Assembly: GCA_002269645.1 (NCBI GenBank)
Contig: NIVC01001940.1
Location: forward strand, 84,895-148,894
DNA length: 64,000 bases
Reading direction: 5' to 3'
Source: Macrostomum lignano
Taxonomy: Eukaryota
Below, one piece after another: positions 25,317-43,600 of the stretch. Each line of letters begins with the position of its first letter. Position 1 is the stretch's first letter. Made by a program: the position numbers and the translations under genes. The notes under the pieces were generated by a model, which had not been told where the DNA came from, searched no databases, and was given only the letters and a program-made list of their open reading frames with translations.

Positions 25317-25880
25317 TCGGATGTCAGGGTTGTGTCAGGGCGACACTTCGGATGTCAGAGCGTCACTTCAGATGTCAGGGAGACACTTCGGATGTCAGGG
25401 CGTCACTTCGGATGTCAGGGCGTCACTTCGGATGTCAGGGCGTCACTTCGGATGTCAGGGCGTCACTTCAGATGTCAGGGCGACACTTCAGATGTCAGGG
25501 CGTCACTTCGGATGTCAGGGCGTCACTTCGGATGTCAGGGCGTCACTTCGGATGTCAGGGCGTCACTTCAGATGTCAGGGCGTCACTTCGGATGTCAGGG
25601 CGTCACTTCGGATGTCAGGGCGTCACTTCAGATGTCAGGGCGTCACTTCGGATGTCAGGGCGTCACTTCGGATGTCAGGGCGTCACTTCAGATGTCAGGG
25701 CGTCACTTCAGATGTCAGGGCGTCACTTCGGATGTCAGGGCGTCACTTCGGATGTCAGGGCGTCACTTCGGATGTCAGGGCGTCACTTCAGATGTCAGGG
25801 CGTCACTTCGGATGTCAGGGCGTCACTTCAGATGTCAGGGCGTCACTTCGGATGTCAGGGCGTCACTTCGGATGTCAGCA
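25317..25880. repeat. 20-bp minisatellite GATGTCAGGGCGTCACTTC(G/A)
   Basis: About 28 units. Confidence 0.95.
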
Positions 25881-26293
25881 TCACTTTGGATAATTGTAGC
25901 TCGCATAGGGTAAACACTTCGAGTGTCACTTTTTCGATTACTAATTAGTTGTATTGCCTCAAATGCACCATTGTTGGACGATAGAATTGGAACAAGAGTT
26001 AATCCAGGAGTGCTATAAATATAATTTAAAAAGAATGCAAATTCATAAAAATCCATAGAAAAATACTGCCGTGCCAGCACGACTTTGAAACTTTCGATGA
26101 GAAATGAGTGCTGCAACAATGCTGCATAAGCTTCCTTCTGAATTAGCGTTTGATTCGTTAGCATGGCAACGAGTCGTGAAGCTGGCCGTCAGTGTCAAAT
26201 ATTTTCCAAGAGTAAACAGAGCGAAGCCGCGGTCCGCTACAGTTAATGATAGCAGCCACACCGTTATCCAAATCATGGAATTTTCCCTGCCTA

Positions 26294-27604
26294 CGAGGGT
26301 CACTCAGAAAGTTCTTAGCCTGAACACGAAAACAGCAACAAATGAACTAAAAAACGACTACAAGTGCTCAAAATACTCTCCACCGGCATTGATACAGGCT
26401 TGCATCCTGTGAAACCAGCTGTCAAAGCACTGCCGCCAATCCTCATCCCGGAGCTCCTCGATGATGTTTTTGAACTCATTCACAGCTTCTTCCGGTGAAG
26501 AAAAGACCTGGCCCTTCAGAATCTCCTTGCACTTCGGAAACAGAAAAAAGTCGCACGGTGCCAGGTCTGGACTATACGCAGGGTGAGTCATCAGCTGGAC
26601 CCCACAGTCAGCCAGAAACTCAAGAGTTTGAGCAGCCGTGTGCGCGCTGGCGTTGTCGTGGTGCAGAAGCACCCAGCGCATTCCGCACCTTGGGCGCCTC
26701 TGGCTCACAGCAGAAAAGACTTTGGGCAGGCAAACCGTTGTGTACCAGTCAGCGGTGACTGTCTGGCGATCTTCAAGTGAAACGGAAGCCACATGCCCAG
26801 TGCGCATGAAGAAACAGGCCACCATCTGCTTGCCGACACTCCGGCTGCGTCGAAACTTGGTGGGGCTGTCCTCATCTCCAAAGGTCCACATGGCTGACTG
26901 GCGCTTGCTTTCGGGGTCGTATTGATAAATCCAGGTCTCATCGCCCGTGAGGATGTCCCAGATACGCCGGCTGGTCCCAGATTCGAATTTCTGCAGCATG
27001 AATCGGCACCAAGCAACCCTGGTGTCCTTCTGCACGTCCGACAGCTGATGGGGGATCCACCGGGAAGCCAGCTTCCGCACTCCAAGGTGTTCGTGCAGAA
27101 TGGCGTGCGCACTCCCCGATCCAATACCGATCTCCTGCTGGATCTGCTGGTAGGTCACTCGCCGGTCAGCGGCAATCATGCTGGACACAGCGCAGATATT
27201 TTCTGGAGTCACTGCGTCACAGGGTCTCCCGGATCGATGTTCATCTTCGAGGCTTTCTCGACCTCGGCGAAACTCAGCGAACCAGTTTTTGACGGTTGCG
27301 TATGAAGGACATACATGGGTAAAAACGTTCTGTAAAGTTTGATACGATTCGGCCGGCGACTTGCCTTGCTTGAAGTGCAAGTACATCATTGCTCTGAAGT
27401 CGCGATTTTCCAGCTTCATTGTTGAATTGAAGAACTCAGGGGGGTGAACTGACTCTAACTCGCTGCAGTGGACTCAAAAGTGGCTGCTTCTGTTTGAAAT
27501 TTTTGTTGCAATACTTTTAAAAGTTGGTCTTTACCATAGACAAATTTCATGCTTCTACGTCTCGTGGATCCTACTCAGGCTAAAGACTTTCTGAGTGACC
27601 CTCG
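26294..27604 (-). mobile_element. Full-length Tc1/mariner (mariner family) DNA transposon
   Basis: TIRs of about 28 bp (CGAGGGTCACTCAGAAAGT...TAGCCT) flanked by TA on both sides. Confidence 0.95.
26358..27419 (-). CDS. Mariner transposase, intact, 353 aa, DD34D
   Basis: HTH N-terminus, WIPHQL, TGDETW, HHDNASAH, YSPDLAPCD with 34 residues between D2 and D3. Confidence 0.95.
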   Translation of the reverse strand: MKLENRDFRAMMYLHFKQGKSPAESYQTLQNVFTHVCPSYATVKNWFAEFRRGRESLEDEHRSGRPCDAVTPENICAVSSMIAADRRVTYQQIQQEIGIGSGSAHAILHEHLGVRKLASRWIPHQLSDVQKDTRVAWCRFMLQKFESGTSRRIWDILTGDETWIYQYDPESKRQSAMWTFGDEDSPTKFRRSRSVGKQMVACFFMRTGHVASVSLEDRQTVTADWYTTVCLPKVFSAVSQRRPRCGMRWVLLHHDNASAHTAAQTLEFLADCGVQLMTHPAYSPDLAPCDFFLFPKCKEILKGQVFSSPEEAVNEFKNIIEELRDEDWRQCFDSWFHRMQACINAGGEYFEHL

Positions 27605-27744
27605 TACAACCTGCTCCGTTGTCCTGCAAAATATTCAGAATTCAGAGACGAAATGGGATAGGAGCTACCAAGCGGGGTGGGCGATCTCAGCCATTGTGAA
27701 ATTACCTGTTAGATGGTTGGTGACATTCACCTGTACGGATGGGT

Positions 27745-28132
27745 GGATATCCTGTTAGACTCGGGAGATGCATGTAAATGTGCAGGTTTAGGTAAAGGTG
27801 ACATCCTGTTAGACACGGGAGATGCATGTACATGTGCAGGATTAGGTAAAGGTGACATCCTGTTAGACACGGGAGATGCATGAACCTGTGTAGGATTAGG
27901 TAAAGGTGACATCCTGTTAGACACGGGAGATGCATGAACCTGTGTAGGATTAGGTAAAGGTGACATCCTGTTAGACACGGGAGATGCATGAACCTGTGTA
28001 GGATTAGGTAAAGGTGACATCCTGTTAGACACGGGAGATGCATAAACCTGTGTAGGATTAGGTAAAAGGTGACATCCTGTTAGACACGGGAGATGCATGA
28101 ACCTGTGTAGGATTAGGTAAAAGGTGACATCC
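27745..28132. repeat. 54-bp minisatellite
   Basis: GACATCCTGTTAGACACGGGAGATGCAT... recurs at 27800, 27854 and onward; about 7 copies. Confidence 0.95.
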
Positions 28133-28524
28133 TTTGACGAATTTTAGCGGACTTCTCTTAGCACAGATCGACCTACTATACTCGTAGTATGGTCTTCCAG
28201 CTACAGTAGCAAAAGCCATTGAGGGACACACAGAGCGCAGTGTTTGCACTGGTTTTTTAGATAAGAATATCCTGGATGCTGGATGAGTGAGATTTTACTT
28301 CATCGTCTGGCTGTCCAAGCCAAACAGAGCACAAACAGCCGCAACGCCCCAGTTTATTATCTATAAACCTCTGCTCTCCCTCGATCTCCGATAAATGCAC
28401 CGTTTGACAGGCACAAGTATAATACCATTCTTCCGTTATGATAAAAATAAATTTGCTGTTTTTTTCACCCATTTATTTTTTGCATCTATAAGGGCCGTAC
28501 CGTGTCTTTAAACGCCTTTCGTAG

Positions 28525-28770
28525 TTCCTCCTTCTCCCACTCCCTCTCTCCCACTCCCTCCCTCCCACTCCCTCTCTCCCACTCCCTCTCTCCCACTCCC
28601 TCTCTCCCACTCCCTCTCTCTCACTGCCTCTCTCCCACTCCCTCTCTCCCACTCCCTCGCTCCCACTCCCTCTCTCCCACTCCCTCTATCCCACTCCCTC
28701 TCTCCCACTCCCTCTCTCCCACTCCCTCTCTCCCACTCCCTCTCTCCCACTCCCTTTCTCCTACTCTCTC
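28525..28770. repeat. 14-bp repeat (CTCTCTCCCACTCC)n
   Basis: About 17 units. Confidence 0.9.
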
Positions 28771-29020
28771 ACTACCGACTTGTAAATGTATAATAGATGA
28801 ATCAAGTCGGCAATCAATCCATCAGAGCAAAAACTTTCCCTGACGAATAGCAACACGTTTCGGCAGTTCCTTAATCTACGTAAATCTAATCTGATTATTA
28901 TGACCTCTTTTCTCTTCCTTCCTCTCTCTCTCCTTTTTGCGTTAGGTTTTTGCAATAACTTCCACTTTCTGCTTCAGATAAACAAAACACAAGCCACTCA
29001 AATAAACAAATTGGAGCGTC

Positions 29021-30007
29021 ATGACGCCGGAGCAGCTGAAAAGCTTCGGCCTGGCCTACCGCGCCATTCTGCTGTGTCTGGGCCTGCCCTCAAACGCGCT
29101 GGTTCTCCTGGCCATGTCCGCCAAGCGACTGCGCGGCGGCAGCATCAGCGTCCAGCTTCGCGGTCTGGCAGCCAGCGGCTCCATCAGCCTGCTGTTCGGT
29201 CTGGCCCCGGATCTGGCGCTTCGAGCCGGCGCCCCGCCGCCACCAGCTGCCGATGTTGCCTGCCCGCTGTTGTCCTTCCTGGAGTACTGCAGCGGCGATG
29301 TGGCCGTGTGGATTGTGCCCTGTCTGGCCGCCGACCGGCTGGTGGCGCTTCTGGCGCCGGCGCGGGCTGCCAGGCGCCTGGCAACCACCAGAGCGGCGCT
29401 GGTGCAGCTGCTGGGCCTGGCGCTGCTAGCGGCGGCCAAGAACATCATTGTGCTGCTCGGCCGCGCCATGGTGGTGGTGCCGGCGGCTGGCAATTCCACC
29501 CGGCTCCGCTGCACCTGGCGGCCGGAGTTCGCCCAGACCAGGGAGATTCGTAGCTACGTTGCCATGGCAACGGTAGCCATCGCGCCCAGCCTGCTGGTGC
29601 TGGCGCTGAACGCCATTCTGCTGTGGGCGCTGTGCCGCCGCATGCGTCGCGGCCGTCGGATCGGCTCGACGTCGGTCGCTTCGAACTCCTCGGCGATGAC
29701 GAACACTCCCCCGGCAGTGTCGGCCTCGACCTCGGACGCAACGTCGAAGGCGATGCGCGGCTCCGTAGCCGTGACGCTGGCGATCTCGGCCAGCTTTGTC
29801 GTGCTCCTGATGCCGAACTTTGCCTACCTGATGGCTATCAACCTGGTTGATGTATCGCAGGACACAAAAGACCTGCTGTCTGAGGTGTTCCAGATGCTGT
29901 ACAATCTCAACCACACCGTCAACTTTCTGCTCTACGTTGCCGCGTCTCCGAATTTTCGACGCGAATTGGTCGGCTTGTTGCTCTGCCGCAAAGTGGCTGG
30001 CAAGTGA
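29021..30007 (+). CDS. Single-exon rhodopsin-class (peptide receptor-like) 7TM GPCR, 328 aa
   Basis: Seven hydrophobic segments; GLPSN (TM1), ADRL (TM3), FVVLLMP (TM6), NHTVNFLLY and FRREL (TM7/H8). Confidence 0.85.
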   Translation: MTPEQLKSFGLAYRAILLCLGLPSNALVLLAMSAKRLRGGSISVQLRGLAASGSISLLFGLAPDLALRAGAPPPPAADVACPLLSFLEYCSGDVAVWIVPCLAADRLVALLAPARAARRLATTRAALVQLLGLALLAAAKNIIVLLGRAMVVVPAAGNSTRLRCTWRPEFAQTREIRSYVAMATVAIAPSLLVLALNAILLWALCRRMRRGRRIGSTSVASNSSAMTNTPPAVSASTSDATSKAMRGSVAVTLAISASFVVLLMPNFAYLMAINLVDVSQDTKDLLSEVFQMLYNLNHTVNFLLYVAASPNFRRELVGLLLCRKVAGK

Positions 30008-30350
30008 GCGATAGAGAGACGACAATTTCTGACAAAAATCGACTCGACAATCTCCACAGCAATATCTCTATACTTCTTCATTAGCTGAGTCGAGCTTTCA
30101 ACATTAAATGTCTGGCACACAAAGCTGTGAAAGAAGCTTATTAGCAGGGGGGCAAACGGCAACTTAAACCGAGGGACTCTGTGACATCCGCCAGCTTTTT
30201 GTTTTTCGAGGAGGCTCTTCCCCCTCCTTTTCGTTCTGGCCTGGCGTGGAAGCGGCTAGCTTCCTCGTCTTGGTCTGCTGGTGGGGGACGGATCCCCCCT
30301 GCTGCTTTTTTGCGGGGCAGGTGGCTGCTAAGTAGTTGGCTGCTGGCTAA

Positions 30351-35437
<5,087 letters not shown>

Positions 35438-35527
35438 TCCTTGTGCTCTTTTACCTTGGGGTTGCGATAGGGGCCTCGCGGCCTATTCGCGGCGCCTGCG
35501 CCCCCCGTCAGTAGTAAGTAAGTAAGT

Positions 35528-37030
35528 AAGCTTATTAGCAGCTGAAACATTAGCCTGAAGCTGATTAGCAGCTGAAACATTAGCCTGAAGCTGATTAGCA
35601 ACTGAAACATTAGCCTGAAGCTGATTGGCAGCTGAAACATTAGCCTGAAGCTGATTAGCAGCTGAAACATTAGCCTGAAGCTGATTAGCAGCTGAAACAT
35701 TAGCCTGAAGCTGCAATTAACAGCTGAAAAATAGCCTGAAGCTGATGAGCAGCTGAATCATTAGCCTGAAGCTGATTAGCAACAGAAACATTAGCCTGAA
35801 GCTGATTAGCAGCTGAATCATTAGCCTGAAGCTGATGAGCAGCTGAAAAATTAGCCTGAAGCTGCAGTTAACAGCTGAAACAATAGCCTGAAGCTGATGA
35901 GCAGCTGAAACATTAGCCTGAAGCTGCAGTTAACAGCTGAAACAATAGCCTGAAGCTGATTAGCAGCTGAATCATTAGCCTGAAGCTGATGAGCAACAGA
36001 AACATTAGCTTGAAGCCGATTAGCAGCTGAAACATTAGCCTGAAGCTGCAATTAGCAGCTGAAACATTAGCCTGAAGCCGATTAGCAGCTGAATCATTAG
36101 CCTGAAGCTGATTAGCAGCTGAATCATTAGCCTGAAGCTGATGAGCAGCTGAATCATTAGCCTGAAGCTGATTAGCAACAGAAACATTAGCCTGAAGCTG
36201 ATTAGCAGCTGAATCATTAGCCTGAAGCTGATGAGCAACAGAAACATTAGCTTGAAGCTGATTAGCAGCTGAAACATTAGCCTGAAGCTGATTAGCAGCT
36301 GAAACATTAGCCTGAAGCTGCAGTTAACAGCTGAAACAATAGCCTGAAGCTGATTAGCAGCTGAATCATTAGCCTGAAGCTGATGAGCAACAGAAACATT
36401 AGCTTGAAGCCGATTAGCAGCTGAAACATTAGCCTGAAGCTGATTAGCAGCTGAAACATTAGCCTGAAGCTGCAATTAGCAGCTGAAACATTAGCCTGAA
36501 GCCGATTAGCAGCTGAATCATTAGCCTGAAGCTGATTGGCAGCTGAAACATTAGCCTGAAGCTGATTAGCAGCTGAATCATTAGCCTGAAGCTAATTGGA
36601 AGCTGAAACATTAGCCTGAAGCTGATTAGCAGCTGAAACATTAGCCTGAAGCTGATTGGCAGCTGAAACATTACCCTGAAGCTGATTAGCAGCTGAAACA
36701 TTAGCCTGAAGCTGATTAGCAGCTGAAACATTAGCCTGAAGCCGATTAGCAGCTGAATCATTAGCCTGAAGCTGATTAGCAACTGAATCATTAGCCTGAA
36801 GCTGATTAGCAACTGAATCATTAGCCTGAAGCTGATTAGCAACTGAATCATTAGCCTGAAGCTGATTAGCAACTGAATCATTAGCCTGAAGCTGATTAGC
36901 AACTGAATCATTAGCCTGAAGCTGATTAGCAACTGAATCATTAGCCTGAAGCTGATTAGCAACTGAATCATTAGCCTGAAGCTGATTAGCAACTGAATCA
37001 TTAGCCTGAAGCTGATTAGCAACTGAATCA
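35528..37030. repeat. 30-bp satellite CTGATTAGCAGCTGAAACATTAGCCTGAAG
   Basis: About 50 units; homogeneous variant block at the right end. Confidence 0.95.
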
Positions 37031-37682
37031 TCTATCGTATTTTTCAACCTGTCTAGATTTAGTGGTTAAAGCCAATAAAATTTACTCATTTTTACTTTCC
37101 GAATTCTATCTAGAAAGTAGCGATCTTAAAGGTTTTATTAAAAAATCCTTAAAAAGTCAAAATATGAAGTCCATGTTATAATACGTAAGAATTAATCGAT
37201 ACAAGAAAGCAGAGATTTCTGAGTAAACCGTGTTTATCGATCATTTTTTTCATTGTCTTTTTTCAGCATTAGTGGCTGAAATGATTAGATACGGGGGTAG
37301 CACAGATAAGAGTGGCGAAGTGTTAATGCGTTTTCGATCGGCCATTAATCTGTCTGAGCCATGACCTGCGGGTCAATACTGTGTCAGCGCATCCTCAGGT
37401 GTCAGCGGTATTATTGGCATTCCGATTCGTAATTGCTGGCCAAAAATATTGTAGAATCAGAATCTACAGGCACCCTGCTTACAAACCGAAACTACAAGGA
37501 TTTATAAAAAATCATGATTTTCGTTGGTATAATCAGGGGCGTCGCCTCCGGGGAGGGGGGGCGGACAAGGAGGACATGCCCCCTTAGTAAAAGCCACGGA
37601 TGGGGGACATATCCAATGCTTCCCCCCCCCCTCTACTCTAACTTTGTGTTGTTCCATTATGAAATTCAATAGTTTTACTTTA

Positions 37683-40600
37683 GGGCGCCAAAATGAGTGC
37701 CTACGGCGCCAAAATGAGTGCCTGCGCTGCCAAAATGAGTGCCTGCGGCGCTAAAATAAATGCCTGCGGCGCCAAAATGAGTGCCTGGCTGTGGCGCCAA
37801 AATGAGTGCGTGCGCTGCCAAAATGAGTGCCTGCGGCGTCAAAATGAGTGCCTGCGGCGCTAAAATAAATGCCTGCGGCGCCAAAATGAGCGACTTGCTG
37901 CGGCGCCAAAATGAGTGCCTGCGGCGCCAAAATGAGTGCCTGGCTGTTGCGCCAAAATGAGTGCTTGCGGCGCCAAAATGAGTGGCTGCGGCGCCAAAAT
38001 GAGTGCCTGCGGCGCTAAAATAAATGCCTGCGGCGCCAAAATGAGTGCCTGGCTGTGGCGCCAAAATGAGTGCGTGCGCTGCCAAAATGAGTGCCTGCGG
38101 CGCTAAAATAAATGCCTGCGGCGCCAAAATGAGCGACTTGCTGCGGCGCCAAAATGAGTGCCTGGCTGTTGCGCCAAAATGAGTGCTTGCGGCGCCAAAA
38201 TGAGTGCCTGCGGCGCCAAAATGAGTGCCTAGCTGCGGCGCCAAAATGAGTGCCTGGCTGCGGCGCCAAAATGAGTGCCTGCGGCGCCAAAATGAGTGCC
38301 TGCGGCGCCAAAATGAGTGCCTGGCTGCGGCGCCAAAATGAGTGCCTGCGGCGCCAAAATGAGTGCCTGCGGCGCCAAAATGAGTGCCTGCGGCGCTAAA
38401 ATGAGTGCCTGCGGCGCTAAAATGAGTGCCTTCGACGCTAAAATGAGTGCCTGCGGCGCCAAAATGATTGCCTTCGACGCCAAAATGAGTGCCTTCGACG
38501 CTAAAATGAGTGCCTGCGGCGCCAAAACGAGTGCCTGCGGCGCCAAAATGAGTGCCTTCGACGCTAAAATGAGTGCCTGCGGCGCCAAAATGAGTGCCTG
38601 CGGCGCCAAAATGAGTGCCTGGCTGTGGCGCCAAAATGAGTGCTTGCGGCGCCAAAATGAGTGCCTGCGGCGCCAAAATGAGTGCCTGCGGCGCCAAAAT
38701 GAGCGCCTGGCTGCGGCGCCAAAATGAGTGCCTGCGGCGCCAAAATGAGCGCCTGGCTGCGGCGCCAAAATGAGTGCCTGCGGCGCCAAAATGAGTGCCT
38801 GGCTGTTGCGCCAAAATGAGTGCTTGCGGCGCCAAAATGAGTGGCTGCGGCGCCAAAATGAGTGCCTGCGGCGCTAAAATAAATGCCTGCGGCGCCAAAA
38901 TGAGTGCCTGGCTGTGGCGCCAAAATGAGTGCGTGCGCTGCCAAAATGAGTGCCTGCGGCGCTAAAATAAATGCCTGCGGCGCCAAAATGAGCGACTTGC
39001 TGCGGCGCCAAAATGAGTGCCTGCGGCGCCAAAATGAGTGCCTGGCTGTTGCGCCAAAATGAGTGCTTGCGGCGCCAAAATGAGTGCCTGCGGCGCCAAA
39101 ATGAGTGCCTGGCTGCGGCGCCAAAATGAGTGCCTGCGGCGCCAAAATGAGTGCCTGCGGTGCCAAAATGAGTGCCTGGCTGCGGCGCCAAAATGAGTGC
39201 CTGCGGCGCCAAAATGAGTGCCTGCGGCGCCAAAATGAGTGCCTGCGGCGCTAAAATGAGTGCCTGCGGCGCTAAAATGAGTGCCTGCGGCGCTAAAATA
39301 AATGCCTGCGGCGCCAAAATGAGTGCCTGGCTGTGGCGCCAAAATGAGTGCCTGGCTGCGCAAAATGAGTGCCTGCGCGCCAAAATGAGTGCCTGCGGCG
39401 CTAAAATAAATGCCTGCGGCGCCAAAATGAGCGACTTGCTGCGGCGCCAAAATGAGTGCCTGCGGCGCCAAAATGAGTGCCTGCGGCGCCAAAATGAGTG
39501 CTTGCGGCGCCAAAATGAGTGCCTGCGGCGCCAAAATGAGTGCCTAGCTGCGGCGCCAAAATGAGTGCCTGGCTGCGGCGCCAAAATGAGTGCCTGCGGC
39601 GCCAAAATGAGTGCCTGCGGCGCCAAAATGAGTGCCTGGCTGCGGCGCCAAAATGAGTGCCTGCGGCGCCAAAATGAGTGCCTGCGGCGCAAAATGAGTG
39701 CCTGCGGCGCCAAAATGAGTGCCTGCGGCGCTAAAATGAGTGCCTGCGGCGCCAAAATGAGCGCTGCGGCGCCAAAATGAGTGCCTGCGGCGCCAAAATG
39801 AGTGCCTGCGGCGCCAAAATGAGTGCCTGCGGCGCCAAAATGAGTGCCTGCGGCGCCAAAATGAGTGCCTGCGGCGCCAAAATGAGTGCCTGCGGCGCCA
39901 AAATGAGTGCCTGGCTGTGCGCCAAAATGAGTGCTGCGGCGCCAAAATGAGTGCCTGCGGCGCCAAAATGAGTGCCTGCGGCGCCAAAATGAGCGCCTGC
40001 TGCGGCGCCAAAATGAGTGCCTGCGGCGCCAAAATGAGTGCCTGGCTGCGGCGCCAAAATGAGTGCCTGCGGCGCCAAAATGAGTGCCTGCGGCGCCAAA
40101 ATGAGTGCCTTGCGGCGCCAAAATGAGTGCCTGCGGCGCCAAAATGAGTGCCTGCGGCGCTAAAATAGTGCCTGCGGCGCCAAAATGAGTGCCTGCGTGC
40201 GCCAAAATGAGTGCGTGCGGCTGCCAAAATGAGTGCCTGCGGCGCTAAAATGAGTGCCTGCGGCGCCAAAATGAGTGCTGCGGCGCCAAAATGAGTGCCT
40301 GCGGCGCCAAAATGAGTGCCTGGCTGTGCGCCAAAATGAGTGCTGCGGCGCCAAAATGAGTGCCTGCGGCGCCAAAATGAGTGCCTGCTGCGCGCCAAAA
40401 TGAGTGCCTGCGGCGCCAAAATGAGTGCCTGCGGCGCCAAAATGAGTGCCTGGCTGGCGCCAAAATGAGTGCCTGCGGCGCCAAAATGAGTGCCTGCGGC
40501 GCCAAAATGAGTGCCTGCGGCGCCAAAATGAGTGCCTGCGGCGCCAAAATGAGTGCCTGCGGCGCCAAAATGAGTGCCTGCGGCGCCAAAATGAGTGCCT

Positions 40601-43600
40601 GCGGCGCCAAAATGAGTGCCTGCGACGCCAAAATGAGTGCCTGCGGCGCCAAAATGAGTGCCTGCGGCGCCAAAATGAGTGCCTTCGACGCTAAAATGAG
40701 TGCCTGCGGCGCCAAAATGATGCCTTCGACGCCAAAATGAGTGCCTTCGACGCTAAAATGAGTGCCTGCGGCGCCAAAACGAGTGCCTGCGGCGCCAAAA
40801 TGACGCTAAAATGAGTGCCTGCGGCGCCAAAATGAGTGCCTGCGGCGCCAAAATGAGTGCCTGCGGCGCCAAAATGAGTGCCTTCGCGCCAAAATGAGTG
40901 CCTGCGGCGCCAAAATGAGTGCCTGCGGCGCCAAAATGAGTGCCTGGCTGGGCGCCAAAATGAGTGCCTGCGGCGCCAAAATGAGTGCCTGCGGCGCCAA
41001 AATGAGTGCCTGCGGCGCCAAAATGAGCGCCTGCTGCGGCGCCAAAATGAGTGCCTGCGGCGCCAAAATGAGTGCCTGCTGCGGCGCCAAAATGAGTGCC
41101 TGCGGCGCCAAAATGAGTGCCTGCGGCGCCAAAATGAGTGCCTGCGGCGCCAAAATGAGTGCTGCGGCGCCAAAATGAGTGCCTGCGGCGCTAAAATAAA
41201 TGCCTGCGGCGCCAAAATGAGTGCCTGCTGTGGCGCCAAAATGAGTGCGTGCGCGCCAAAATGAGTGCCTGCGGCGCTAAAATAAATGCCTGCGGCGCCA
41301 AAATGAGCGCTTGCTGCGGCGCCAAAATGAGTGCCTGCGGCGCCAAAATGAGTGCCTGGCTGTTGCGCCAAAATGAGTGCTTGCGGCGCCAAAATGAGTG
41401 CCTGCGGCGCCAAAATGAGTGCCTAGCTGCGGCGCCAAAATGAGTGCCTGGCTGTGGCGCCAAAATGAGTGCCTGCGGCGCCAAAATGAGTGCCTGCGGC
41501 GCCAAAATGAGTGCCTGGCTGCGGCGCCAAAATGAGTGCCTGCGGCGCTAAAATGAGTGCCTTCGACGCTAAAATGAGTGCCTGCGGCGCCAAAATGATT
41601 GCCTTCGACGCCAAAATGAGTGCCTTCGACGCTAAAATGAGTGCCTGCGGCGCCAAAATGAGTGCCTGCGGCGCCAAAATGAGTGCCTTCGACGCTAAAA
41701 TGAGTGCCTGCGGCGCCAAAATGATGCCTTCGACGCCAAAATGAGTGCCTTCGACGCTAAAATGAGTGCCTGCGGCGCCAAAACGAGTGCCTGCGGCGCC
41801 AAAATGAGTGCCTTCGACGCTAAAATGAGTGCCTGCGGCGCCAAAATGAGTGCCTGCGGCGCCAAAATGAGTGCCTGGCTGTGGCGCCAAAATGAGTGCT
41901 TGCGGCGCCAAAATGAGTGCCTGCTGTGGCGCCAAAATGAGTGCTTGCGGCGCCAAAATGAGTGCTTGCGGCGCCAAAATGAGTGCCTGCGGTGCCAAAA
42001 TGAGTGCCTGGCAACGCCAAAATAAGTGCCTGCGGCGCCAAAATGAGTGCCTGCGGCGCCAAAATGAGTGCCTGGCTGCGGCGCCAAAATGAGTGCCTGC
42101 GGCGCCAAAATGAGTGCCTGCGGCGCCAAAATGAGTGCCTTCGACGCTAAAATGAGTGCCTGCGGCGCCAAAATGATTGCCTTCGACGCCAAAATGAGTG
42201 CCTTCGACGCTAAAATGAGTGCCTGCGGCGCCAAAACGAGTGCCTGCGGCGCCAAAATGAGTGCCTTCGACGCTAAAATGAGTGCCTGCGGCGCCAAAAT
42301 GAGTGCCTGCGGCGCCAAAATGAGTGCCTGGCTGTGGCGCCAAAATGAGTGCTTGCGGCGCCAAAATGAGTGCCTGCGGCGCCAAAATGAGTGCCTGCGG
42401 CGCCAAAATGAGTGCTTGCGGCGCCAAAATGAGTGCCTGCGGTGCCAAAATGAGTGCCTGGCTGTTGCGCCAAAATGAGTGCTGCGGCGCCAAAATGAGT
42501 GCCTGCGGCGCCAAAATGAGTGCCTGGCTGCGGCGCCAAAATGAGTGCCTGCGGCGCCAAAATGAGTGCCTGCGGCGCCAAAATGAGTGCCTGGCTGCGG
42601 CGCCAAAATGAGTGCCTGCGGCGCCAAAATGAGTGCCTGCGGCGCCAAAATGAGTGCCTGGCTGTGGCGCCAAAATGAGTGCCTGGCTGTGGCGCCAAAA
42701 TGAGTGCTTGCGGCGCCAAAATGAGTGCCTGCGGCGCCAAAATGAGTGCCTGGCTGTGGCGCCAAAATGAGTGCCTGGCTGCGGCGCAAAAATGAGTGCC
42801 TGGCTGTGGCGCCAAAATAAGTGCTTGCGGCGCCAAAACGAGTGCCTGGCTGTGGCGCCAAAATGAGTGCTTGCGGCGCCAAAATGAGTGCTTGCGGCGC
42901 CAAAATGAGTGCCTGCGGTGCCAAAATGAGTGCCTGGCAACGCCAAAATGAGTGCCTGCGGTGCCAAAATGAGTGCCTGGCTGCGGCGCCAAAATGAGTG
43001 CCTGGCTGTGGCGCCAAAATGAGTGCCTGGCTGCGGCGCCAAAATGAGTGCCTGCGGCGCCAAAATGAGTGCCTGCGGCGCCAAAATGAGTGCCTGGCTG
43101 CGGCGCCAAAATGAGTGCCTGCGGCGCCAAAATGAGTGCCTGCGGCGCCAAAATGAGTGCCTGCGGCGCTAAAATGAGTGCCTGCGGCGCTAAAATGAGT
43201 GCCTTCGACGCTAAAATTAGTGCCTGCGGCGCCAAAATGATTGCCTTCGACGCTAAAATGAGTGCCTGCGGCGCCAAAATGAGTGCCTGCGGCGCCAAAA
43301 TGAGTGCCTGGCTGTGGCGCCAAAATGAGTGCCTGGCTGCGGCGCCAAAATGAGTGCCTGCGGCGCCAAAATGAGTGCCTGGCTGCGGCGCCAAAATGAG
43401 TGCCTGGCTGTGGCGCCAAAATGAGTGCCTGGCTGCGGCGCCAAAATGAGTGCCTGCGGCGCCAAAATGAGTGCCTGCGGCGCCAAAATGAGTGCCTGCG
43501 GCGCCAAAATGAGTGCCTGGCTGCGGCGCCAAAATGAGTGCCTTCGGCGCCAAAATGAGTGCCTGCGGCGCCAAAATGAGTGCCTGCGGCGCTAAAATGA

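Noticed and set aside
25317-25880. CRISPR-like regular repeats here and in the other arrays
   Set aside because: Units are head-to-tail with no unique spacers, there are no cas genes, and the context is eukaryotic
37260-37440. Hammerhead-like CTGAGGA...GAAA on the minus strand
   Set aside because: Stem II cannot close and the flanking stems do not pair
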